A DNA stretch of 62,247 nucleotides, filler included. It is 5 parts of 5 records of this genome, joined end to end, with 100 filler letters (N's around TTAATTAATTAA, not from the genome) between each part and the next. Parts side by side here need not be neighbours in the genome. Positions count along the whole stretch, not along the records: positions 41,186 to 48,547 come from DRR378314_573; positions 48,648 to 55,595 come from DRR378314_576; 3 more parts are not named here. The stretch is one strand, 5' to 3'. How positions within the stretch are numbered: the first letter of the stretch is position 1; every line of letters starts with the position of its first letter. A program made the position numbers and the translations under genes. This document shows, piece after piece, positions 41,086 to 51,785 of this stretch. The notes below the pieces were generated by a model that saw only the letters and a list, made by a program, of their open reading frames with translations, did not search any database and was not told where the DNA came from.

Positions 41086-41185
41086 NNNNNNNNNNNNNNN
41101 NNNNNNNNNNNNNNNNNNNNNNNNNNNNNTTAATTAATTAANNNNNNNNNNNNNNNNNNNNNNNNNNNNNNNNNNNNNNNNNNNN
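41086..41185. other. Artificial contig linker 2
   Basis: 44 N + TTAATTAATTAA + 44 N. Confidence 0.98.
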
Positions 41186-41326
41186 TTCTATGCCAGAAAG
41201 GGACCCGTGCGCTACACGAGTGCTTCCGTAGATTAGAAAGGAGACGCAAGCTCGAACAAGAATTGAAACAGGATAATGCACCAGAATCACCCCGCATCTG
41301 GCAATGCTGCGCAGTGGAAGTCGCAC

Positions 41327-44300
41327 CTGATCTTGCACGCCCAAGTCGTTGGCGAGAGCCTTGAGCTCGTCCAGGTACTCGACGTTTTCGCTCACCCTTT
41401 CGTCGTAGCCACCTGGGTAGACAAATCAGGGCAAGACCATCACAGTAAGCAGATGCAACCGTGCGTTACTGTCGTAGCGGATCACTACAAGATGTACTCT
41501 GACAGCACAAGAGCTACACCGAACCGAGCTCAACTGCACCTGAACATGCAGAATCGCAGAGATACAAAAGGCTGAACTTTGGTGTTTCACTTTTTCCACT
41601 GATACAAGCTTGTGCCACATTCAGAGATCGGACTCGCTGCCCTTGACAACTTGCGAAGGCATCATGCCGTGGAATTTGAGCAGGACGAACTGCCCATGGT
41701 AGGGTGGGACGAGTAACTTCCGTCGGCACTGCGTCCACTGTCCGAGTGCAACGCCGTGAGAAGAAAGCGCCTCGTAGGACCGATACGGGCAGCACGAGGT
41801 GCAGAGGACTCCGGTACAGATCACGCGCGGTGCCAGACGAAGAGGAACAAATCAGCGTGCGAAAAGCACGACAAGTTGTTGACGAACCTGCAATCGAGAG
41901 AAAAAGGTGGCGGATTGATGATTCCGAATACCTGCATGGGGAATACATAGGCGCCGCAAGACAGCGAGCGCGCCGGAACGAAGGAGAACGACGAAGCAGC
42001 ACGCAAGCTCAGAACACGGCACCCTGAGAGCCAGGCCTGACACATGAATACATTTCACACCTTTGAAGCGACGCCCATAGAGGAAACCCGAAGCAGGATC
42101 ACCGTATACCCTAGAAAATATCTCACATATCTCTTATACACCTGAATGACGCGATCGGCTGAGTCGCGCCCCACGAAACGCTGCACTGAGCGCACGCACA
42201 GCGACGCCAAGGCGACATCGGCGTCCGGCAAAACTCACTTTGAGCGCATCTGCGCAAGGGCGCGAATCGCCAACGCGATATTCTTTTTGCGCTCAAATCG
42301 ATTGATGGAGAGAATTTCGATTCTGGATTTGGCAGGAGAGCAGAAGATCGTGAGAAGCGACCAGCCAACCGCCAGAACGACCGAGGAGCTGCGAACTGCG
42401 GAGGGGGGTGACAAGCCCCGTTTCGAACTCCGCAGGAAAGAAAGTGTACTAGAATTTCGCCCAACACCGTACAGATCCATCACCGGCGGAGCGAGAGAAG
42501 CTCCGGGTAGGAGACTACACTAATGCTGATGCAGAGACACTCGCTCGATAGTCACTACCACTCACGGCGCACCGCAAGATCTCCCAGGGAGCTAGCCATC
42601 GCCTCCCCACAGCGAGATTCTACGCCATGGAGGACCCCGCCTACACAATAGCGCATGACTCTTTGCTCACAAATACAAACGACCACATCGCCCAATATTC
42701 ACATCACCCCATCGACACGGCGCAGACTCCAAGAATCTTTGAAAAACACTGAGTTGCAACGAATGGCAGCTGCAACGCGCTGTAGTGGGCGGGTCAGTGG
42801 CACACTGGCTCCGCAAGACATTCACATGCTCTCTCAGTTCCCTTCTTTCCCTCCAACTGTTCGCTTCCAGTGCATCGTCAAATAGGTTTTCATCACCACT
42901 TTCACGTAATAATGTGTCGGATGACATGGATACACTGATCGGCAAAAAGCCAGGATGGCACTGCAGCTCTTCACGAGGATGCTGCAGAGAGACACGAACC
43001 TATCGCCGCTCCACGAGTCCAGGGGGGGGACAGCTGGATACCGGTCAAAGTTGATCGCCGGGTAAAGCACCTGTGGCAGCCGTACATACATGTGTGCGGT
43101 GATTACACGAAAGAATGCACAGTTAATCGTATGTGACACAAAGTACCAACGGAATGTGGTGGTGTTGGCGAGAAAGGGCTATTGCCACCAACGCGAGCTG
43201 TGCAGCTCCGAAAAAGCGATCGGAGACGAGCAAACCGGTCAAGTCCTTTTCTGCCACTATTCCACTCACCGGGGGTGACTAGTTTCGTTGGGAATAACGA
43301 GAAAAAAGCCAACAATACACTCCAAGCGACAATCACAGGCGATGCCTGTTCTCATTGCATACAATCGCATGTACAGCTGACTACCGAATGAATGCAGCTC
43401 GGGCACTTCTCCCATCGCCTATCAGTACATGCGCGATGCGCGACGTGGTCGCTGACCACTGGGCGGCAGCATCGCGCAAGGAAGGAGACACATCTGTCCC
43501 ACAGACAAGCTCACCTTGACTTTACATTTGCGAAGAGACGGAAATGCGTCCTGAAACTTTCCAAGTGTAAATTTTGAATTGGCGACAATCATGTCCGTCA
43601 TACCTTGGTAGCAGCACGAAGCAAAATGATGAGCCAGGAGAGCATTTTCAGGAGGACAGCGCGCGCGCAAGACGGGACCACTCTCGCAAAAGTCGCCAAC
43701 GAAGCAGCGCGCCTTGTCGTGCTATCCCAACAAAAAATGTAAAAAGTAGCGAGTATTCCTCATGACAATACAACAATGCTCACGCCAATACACGAAAGAT
43801 TTACCGAAGAATTCCACGACCGTAAAGCAGCCGTAAAGAGCGCAAGCATAGCGCAGCGGCAGGGCACGATTTTCGGAAATGCAAAGGGGATTCCAGCAAT
43901 CCTGCACCGTGTCCAAACAGCAGGAGCCCCAACTTGGACAGTGTACAACGGGCAACCATCCAAGCAGGAAAACGCTTCCATGCTTACCTGTCGTATACTC
44001 TTCGATCTTATCGAGTGGGACGCGATAAAGCCGCTTCAACGTAGATTCGCGCGTCGTCAGCAGCTTGTCCGGGAAATGGCAATAAAAGAGAATCTAGCAC
44101 GCAAGAGGTATTGAACGTCGACCACGCTCCAACAGTCAACCGCCGTACGTGGCGCATTATATCCATACTGGTAACCTTTTCTTCGATAAAGAAAGAGACA
44201 TGGAACCATTAGGAGTGTCACTGGACGATGTGGACTTTCCAACGTGATCTTGTAAGGCGCGAGGAAACGGGGCGCGGTCACACACCTTAGACCTTGTCAG

Positions 44301-46184
44301 CCTCAGAACCGGTACAATCGCAGAAAGTTGATCAACAAAGAGCACATCAAAGTGTGCATGCCCAAGCACAAGCCACAGCGACAGTACCACGCATCGTATG
44401 ATTGTGCATGGAAGGTAAAATGCTGCAGCGCAAAGAGAACAACACGAACGATCGGAAGGGTAAGGAGAGAAATGAGAAGCCAAAGTGAGTGGCGCATGCA
44501 CGCGCTTGCGGAAGGTGCAGTAATGTCCTGGCGTCACAATGTGCTCGCCGCTATGAACCGAATAATACATAATGCTTAGTTTTAAAGAATTGTAACCTGC
44601 AATGTCGAAGAAAACCTATAGAGCTCGAATTCGAAGAACGAAGCGCTTCCGCGGTGTCAATACAACGGGAAGAACAGCGAATTCGCAGACGTACCGCCGA
44701 GCACACTTCGAGGAATGAAATCGCCATGCGTTACGACCGGGAGAGACCCTGCATACAGAAAAACAAAAAAGGCGACGGGTACGATCGTCGTGTTCATTTT
44801 GAGACGATGCGCAACGAGGAAGAGCTGCGGAACCTTCCACGGAACGCCAAGGAACTCGGGTACGCGAGGAGGCCGAAGAGCAAGCCAGGCAAACGCAGTT
44901 TAAACACGGTCTCAACGCAACTGGCGCAGCATGCCACGAGCGCTGGAGTTCGCTACCCGCCGCTGACCATTTTCTGTTCGCAAGTTCAGCGCAGTAACTA
45001 ATGTCGTATGTAAATCACACGATCGTACCATCGCGTGTTTCTTCGAAGCAGTGGCTGCGGTCGTGATGTGAGGTGAACATGACGACCGTATGGCCTTTGC
45101 GCTGCAACAGGTCACGCGGCAGGACGAGCACAACCGCGGGGCCGACCGTGAGCAACTAGCGAAATGACAACACTCCCACGGATACATGCCTATTGATCAA
45201 GACTGCAATCCGGATCAGCACACGAATGCACTCCAATCATCCTACAACTAAACAAAAAAAAAACACAGATCGCGAGCGAGCCCGCTGCAAGTCCCGCGAA
45301 GCAGCGAGCGTGACGCGAAGAGAACGGGAGTCGCGCGCACACACTGCCTCCTAGCGGTGCGCACACTCCCCACACAACACAAGCATAATATGCTTCGTAG
45401 CCATACTTCAATGTTTAGCAAAACACAAGCCCACCCGTTGGAAGTTGCATCCATAAAACGAGAACGTGCGACAATGTGGTCGGGGCCGGAGACTGCGTCG
45501 CGCGCAAGCGTACCCGCAGAGCAACAGCAGCGTCGACAACAAGCCGCTCGGCGCCTCCGATACCCAAGTCCGGGTGCACGAAGCCGATGCGCAAACCGGT
45601 CCCGCGCGGCCCTGTAGCAAATTTCCCATCCACATCAGAATGCAATGGTGAATGCAAGCAATATATTTATAAGGTATCAATGAATGAAATTGTATCTTGG
45701 CAGTGTGGGGCGGCATAACATGCTGTCGGCAATGTGCAACGAGGGCAGAGTGCGCAGTGAGCAAGGTACCGACGCAAAGCCTCCCGCTGGCGCGCCGCTC
45801 GACATAGGCACGCGCAGTTCACCGACGCGGCAATGGCGGAAATCCCATCGACCGGAGAGACCGGTTCCTATGATTATTTAGACTGTACATATAACAACAC
45901 ATGTTCGCATGCATATCACAGTTGCTGGCCCGTCACATGCCAGCAAGGGCCTTGCGGAAGCTGCGCAGCACGAGCGCAACTCCGGGCAGCGCTGCGGCCG
46001 GCAGGTTCTGCATTTGCTGTAAGTGTTGACAACACAGTAGCGCCATGACGACGCTGGACGTCAGCACGTGCGTGCGTCGCTTCCGGAACATACGGGAAGC
46101 ATCGCGTCCCGGACCGTGCAATCTCCACCACTGTGATAATGTGAGCAACGCAAGTGCAACAAGTACAGCAAAAATGGACAGCAT
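41327..46184 (-). CDS. ALG2: Eukaryotic alpha-1,3/1,6-mannosyltransferase ALG2 (spliced, 3'-truncated)
   Basis: 11 phase-consistent GT-AG exons: 46184-46094, 45611-45514, 45101-45029, 44748-44695, 44422-44286, 44093-43988, 43603-43515, 43070-43000, 42322-42239, 41931-41888, 41412-41327. They give [83 protein letters not shown]. Confidence 0.93.
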
Positions 46185-46544
46185 GGCAGCGTCCGCGGCC
46201 CGTAGCAGGGCAAATTCGAGCTGAGCTAACGGGCCGTAGAGCGAACACAAGGAAGACTTGCCGGCTGCAGCGCCACGACTTCGAAGATTCTCGAGTTCCA
46301 TATAAGAGCATTCGTTTTCTCATTCACGTGAGCTGCGGGTCATGAAGTGGGAGCATTCCTCGGTAAGGCCAAAATTCGATGCCTCGAAAATGGCGCAGCC
46401 CCTTGTCCTACACTGCGCGGCTATCCGTGCGCCCTCACCAGCCACGTTTCTGCTCGAACGCGGGCCCTGGGGAGGGCCGATTTCCCGCCATACAGTTCGT
46501 GCCGATAAGCGCTCGCTCGTATCTTGCAACGAGGCCACCGAAAA

Positions 46545-48453
46545 ATGCAGGACAGTACAGACAGCAGTCGCGAAGCCGGGTCTGAGCTCAGCGGATACTT
46601 GTGGAAGCTTGGAGAAAAGTACGTTCCCGCGACTCGCTCGCGCTTTCACCGCCGTTGTCTTCCTCGCGCGAACCGCAGTGCTGTGGTCTCCGTCGAAACT
46701 GGCCAACTCTCCGCGCGGCTTCAGGGCAGCGTCACAGGCTCTTCAACTCTCTGCAGTGCTTTTTCTGCTTGCATAATAGATTGTTGGATCGGTTGAAGTA
46801 AGGCGTGTCTCAGCGGGCTCTACTTTTCTGGGCGCGGTCACCGTTTTTGTAGCGAAGGGGCTTATGTCGGCTGAAACCACGTAGCTTGGAGCGCACTTCC
46901 GGTGTTTCCGCGTGCGAGCCTTGCCTCCCTTTGGGCACAGTGTTACAAGGTTTTTGTGTGCAGTGATTTGTGCTCAGCCCTACTCACTGTGCATCGATAA
47001 AAGTAACTGACATAATTAACGTGTATTGTCGCGTACGTGGTGGAATGTCGACCCGTATGCGTCGCGTAGAGAGTATTCTTGCTTGGTGGTTTGACCGCAG
47101 CGTGCGCACGCCCATGGCTCCAGCTGCGCCCAGAGGGAGGGGCACTTTGCACGTGCACCGCCGCGCCTCAGCGCGCAGCTGCCTCGCGCGCCACTGGCCG
47201 GCCGCAGGCGCGCGCACATGTGCACTCTGCCGCGATTTTTTTTTGAGTTTGCGAATGTATTTTTTGTAGGAGAAGTGAGTATCTCGCCTTGGTTCGCCTT
47301 GCACGATGCCGAATGATTATGTTTGAGCGGCGTTGCGATGCTGTGCATGCCATAGCAAGGAGCGCGCCGTTGCTGCTGTAACCGGTGAGCAACGCAGGTG
47401 CTCACCAGCCTCTACCGCATTGTTGGGCGCTGGTCTCTTGCTCGCGCATGAGCGCGACAGCGATGACGGTGATATGCTATGCCGTATAATATGATGGTTT
47501 GCACCAGAAGGTAATTTAAACGTACCGTTGCTTGCTTATGCATGCGTATAGGGGCATTCGGAAGAACTTCAAACGGCGATGGTTCGAGTGCCGGGATATG
47601 CGGCTGTACTACTTCCAGGACAAGGGCGACGCTGAGCCGATCGACTTCATTCCACTTGATCGGGTATGTGGATTCGGTAGCAATGGCAGACTCGTTTGCT
47701 GTGAACTCGAGTACTGTACAAGGCTTTTCATACGGCGATTCGCTTGAAGTGCTTAAACGAAGAATCTATGCCGGCGTCCAAAAGCACAAGCAGCTGCTAG
47801 CGCGCCGGAAGTGCGATAGGAGGGAAAGCCGTCACGCTCCGTGAATGGAGTACCTTTCCTTTGCTTCTACTTCCGAACGGATAGGGTGAAGCCCATGCCA
47901 TGACCTCTGTTCGACCAAACCGATTATGATTGGTTTGGACGCTTGTAGATTCTAGTGCGGCGTACTTTTTGCTGCGGCGTAGATGAAAAGAACAGGCTGC
48001 AGACATCGCCGTACGTGGTGATGGCGCACGCAGCGTGCAATGAACCTCATCCTTACTCACGCTGCGCGCTTCCGCGTTCCTGTTTCGCGCTGCTACAGGT
48101 GACACAGGTCACACGAGACGGTGAGGAGATGTTCCATGTCCATACAAGAGAACGAGTATATTCGCTAGGTCCGTACAACTGCAAGGAACGCAAGTCGCCA
48201 GGTAACCCAGTGCAACTCCGCGTGTCGCGTCTCCTGCAATGCTGCCGCATCATCGCCAGTTCATTAAGTTCCTCGGTTTTGGTCCCTTCCAAGCATCACT
48301 ACTCCAGCGCAATGACAAATACGGAATATAATGCGCTACTGTGACGTTGTAGCCGTAAAGGATGATGGCGAGTCCGTAACAGAGTGGGTGAGCAAAGTTC
48401 GGTCGATGTGCCGTCGTGCCTCACAACGACGCTCAACGATCACTGACCTGCAA
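46545..48453 (+). CDS. Eukaryotic PH-domain protein (spliced, 3'-truncated)
   Basis: Phase-consistent exons 46545-46618, 47552-47663, 48099-48168, 48353-48453 give LSGYLWKLGEKGIRKNFKRRWF...LYYFQDK...FIPL...FHVHTRERVYSLA...EWVSKV, a canonical PH pattern. Confidence 0.88.
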
Positions 48454-48547
48454 GTTCGCTTGTCATCGTCGGCAAGTATTTCCGGTAATGGTACGTGCAG
48501 CTCACGCCCGCATTGCTTCCCAACACCCGTGCATGTGGTGCCAGTTC

Positions 48548-48647
48548 NNNNNNNNNNNNNNNNNNNNNNNNNNNNNNNNNNNNNNNNNNNNTTAATTAAT
48601 TAANNNNNNNNNNNNNNNNNNNNNNNNNNNNNNNNNNNNNNNNNNNN
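48548..48647. other. Artificial contig linker 3
   Basis: 44 N + TTAATTAATTAA + 44 N. Confidence 0.98.
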
Positions 48648-48849
48648 CTGCGTGCACGGATCGTCGTTTGTGCTTCTGGCGAGAACGGTCATAGTCCTCG
48701 TGTGAAGTTCGTAGACTGGACCTTTTCCCCTTTTCGTTTTGCGAGTCGAGAGCACGGGTCGAGAAATTCATAGGTATTTTGCATTGGCAAGTTCGTATGA
48801 AGACTTATCGTATTCCGTGCACTTCAATTCTTCGTTGGAACTTAATTAG

Positions 48850-51172
48850 TGCACAACAAGCGGCGGCGATGCAGCGGTACGAGCAGCGACAGCGCGAAGC
48901 TGCCGAAAAGGCGATGTGGGCGCGATCGGTCGACACTCCTCCGACTGCTGGATCGCAATCGACAGCGCCCTCTCCACCTCCCATCGAACCGTACATGGTG
49001 CGTCTATTCGCATACGTTAAGTAAATAATGCGGTACTAGTATGTGGCTGTATTTTTTTTCAGGATGAGCCTGTCTCGTTTATTTTGATTCGGGAATGTCG
49101 ATTCGCAATAGCGCGCTGATTCGTCAGCACCAGAGACGATACGAATCAGAGAGTCTTGTGCTGTTCCCGCTCGGATTTTGTCAGAAATGGTACTACATGT
49201 ACAGCACAGAAGCTACTGCAGTGGTTCTTTGGCTGCTTATATGGTACAGAGCGCTATGATGGCGAGTTGCGAGTGCAATAGTGTCAGGTAGCGCTTGTGA
49301 CACTCGTGATAGACCAACGAAGGGAGTCGTGTCCGGTAGTGACAGTGTTGCTAAGAACGAGTCTCTGTCCCAGAACTCTTCGGTGACATTTGTATCGTTT
49401 CCGCATCGTGGTACTCGCTGTATTGCGCAGAGTGCTGCTGCAAAGGCAGAGCAGATACGAATGGAGAATTACCGGCAACAACAAGAGCGTCAGGCTGCAG
49501 CGCGGCAAGCCGAGAAGGAAAACGAGAAGGATTGCTGCTGCTGCTGCACGTACGTCGCTGCGTGCTTGACTATCTTTCTTCCTCTATTTCTCGCTCTCCC
49601 TGTATTTCGTACTCTCTCTTGCGCGATCCCTCGTGTGTTCTTGCTCCCATTTTCGCTGATATTGCTCGTTTCTGTTGCCCAATCGTCCGGGATGAATGGT
49701 ATTACGGTTCGTTTCTATTCTCGTGCGGTGTAGTACTCACTCATGACCTGTTTTTCTTTTTCCCAAGTTGCGCGAATACTGTCTACTTTGATCCATCCAC
49801 TATCCGGATATAATAATAAGCGAGCTACCGAATGCATGATGTTGCTTTTGTCGAGTTCTAATCGGTACTTCCTTCTTGGAGCGCATTTTCCGGGCGATAC
49901 TTTCAACCAGATCTGGATCTTTGTCCTCTGTTTCTTGCCATTCTTCTTTTCAGCGCACCAAAGCTCTTCGGATTGAAATTGTGGTCGTTTTCGTTCTTAA
50001 TGGCGGACCCGGCGTGGATTTCGATCGGGTTACTAGGAGGTGAGGGGGCCAAGCGTCCTTCATCACAGGCCGTTTCCGTAGAATTCACGCTTGTTTTGAG
50101 TACTGTTGATAGGTATCGTTGCGCGTTTTTCGTGCGCGCAGGAGAGTTTTCTTCGCCGCTTGTCCTCTTGTCCCGCGATGTGAAGTTTATTTTTCTTTCT
50201 CATGCTGGATCTGACTCCTCACGTTCGGTGCTCGCTGTTGCTGCGCAGCGCGGGGAGTGATTTGCATCTCGCTGTTCTTCTCAATTGGCGTTTTCTCGGT
50301 TGCGCAGTTTGCGATTGGTCTCTTGGCGGCAGTTGGGCAGTTTGCCCTGTCGTTCGGCGTTGCACTAGGTGAGCGAGAAGGAAGGCCGCGAGCGGAAGAG
50401 CCGCACGAAGGAAACCTCCCGTTCGATCTTCGCAGTGGGCGGTGAATGTCGTTGCTTACGGAGCGCTAGCATAAGAAGCTTTTGTATCCTGGTGGACAAA
50501 TCTTGTGCGTCGCTGTGAGTCACGACGTGCTCTGAGCGCTCTGCCTGTTCGCGCGCTCGTGTCGTGGAGAGTCGCGTCTCCCGTTTTTTTTTTTTCCTTT
50601 CTCTTCCTGTGTTTGTTCTTAGGGTCGCCAACGTACATGTTTAGCGTAGACCGCGTTTTCTATATTCCAGGCTCTGTTTGATTTTTCTGTTTGTAGTGCA
50701 GCGGTACACGTTGGCGCTCGGGTGTCCAACGTGCGCGATGCGGAACTCACGTGTGTATCGTATCCTCTCCTCTGGCGTCTGTGCGCAGGGCAAATGGTAG
50801 TCGCGACATACGTGATCGCCTGTCAGGTATGTATCGGGCTGCGATACGCGCTCCTTGTTTCATGGTTTCCTGCTTTTGACGTTGCATCGTCGATCCAACA
50901 GACGCATGTGAGTCTTTTGTGCGGTCTTGTTCTCTTTTCTGTATATCTGCGCTCTGCAGAGTCACACTCGCTACACGTTTGTCCTTGCTGCGTTGCCGCA
51001 GCGTCGTTTGGTATCACCAAGCCCCAGTTTCTAAACCAATTGCTGCTCAGTTCGAGTTTTCGCATGTGTTGTGAGCTCACAATGACGTTTCCTGCTCGTT
51101 GCGCCCTTTGTGTAGCTTTGTCTGGGTTTCTACAAGGTAAACGCGTGTCAGCTCTGCTATTCTCCCGCGTGA
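48850..51172 (+). CDS. Eukaryotic membrane protein with a Gln/Arg helical N-region, a CCCCC string and Gly-rich hydrophobic repeats (spliced)
   Basis: Phase-consistent GT-AG exons 48850-48997, 49431-49549, 49954-50039, 50249-50368, 50789-50826, 51116-51172 (last tentative): ...EKENEKDCCCCCTAPKLFGLKLWSFSFLMADPAWISIGLLGARGVICISLFFSIGVFSVAQFAIGLLAAVGQFALSFGVALGQMVVATYVIACQLCLGFYKVNACQLCYSPA*. 5' end uncertain. Confidence 0.65.
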
Positions 51173-51785
51173 CGAACGTCGAGCGTCGGTTGTGGCGGTC
51201 CCGTGTGCATGCGAGTTTGCCACACGTCGCCGTGCGGCGCGGGTGTGAAGGCAGGTCCTCTCTTCTTGCCTCTCGCTTCTCGCGCTCAGTATTTGCGAAG
51301 CTGGCTCCGGAATTTTTGTTTGCTTCATTCTGCTTGAAATAGAGCAACCGGCTCAGCGCTATTTCGCCGCGCGTTGCGAGAGTGCGTGGCTGTCCTTCCG
51401 CACGTTGGTGCCGGGGAGCTGGCCATATCCATTCCCCCCGCTCAGATATTGTAGAAAATAAAAGTGAGCGTGCTTTGTTGTTGTTGCATACATCGCTTTT
51501 GCATCGTTTTCCAGCCCCCGCCATCGTTCGCTGGACCTCCCTGCTGCAGAATCTGGCGCGATTGACAAAAGTGTCTCGCCCAGGTCCTGCGGCGGACGTT
51601 CAGTCGTCGGTTCGGCAACCGCGAGAATGAGTGCGGCCCGGATGTGTTTACTCTAACCCTACCAAGGTGATATTAAATACAAGGTAATATGACGAACTAC
51701 TGAGAAAGTAGCGGCGTTGGATTTTTCCTTTTGCGCGCCAACGAGGTGCGCGCGGCGCGCAAGCCGAGCACTGTCGCAGCGTAGC

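Noticed and set aside
41704-42027. 107-aa plus-strand ORF that looks like a nested gene
   Set aside because: It is antisense to an ALG2 exon and its pyrimidine-rich introns, with no recognisable motif.
42127-42141. 12-nt match TCTCTTATACAC to the Tn5/Nextera mosaic end, or alternatively a 15-nt ALG2 micro-exon
   Set aside because: The match is partial and internal with mismatched flanks, and ALG2 splices in frame without it via exon 41931-41888.
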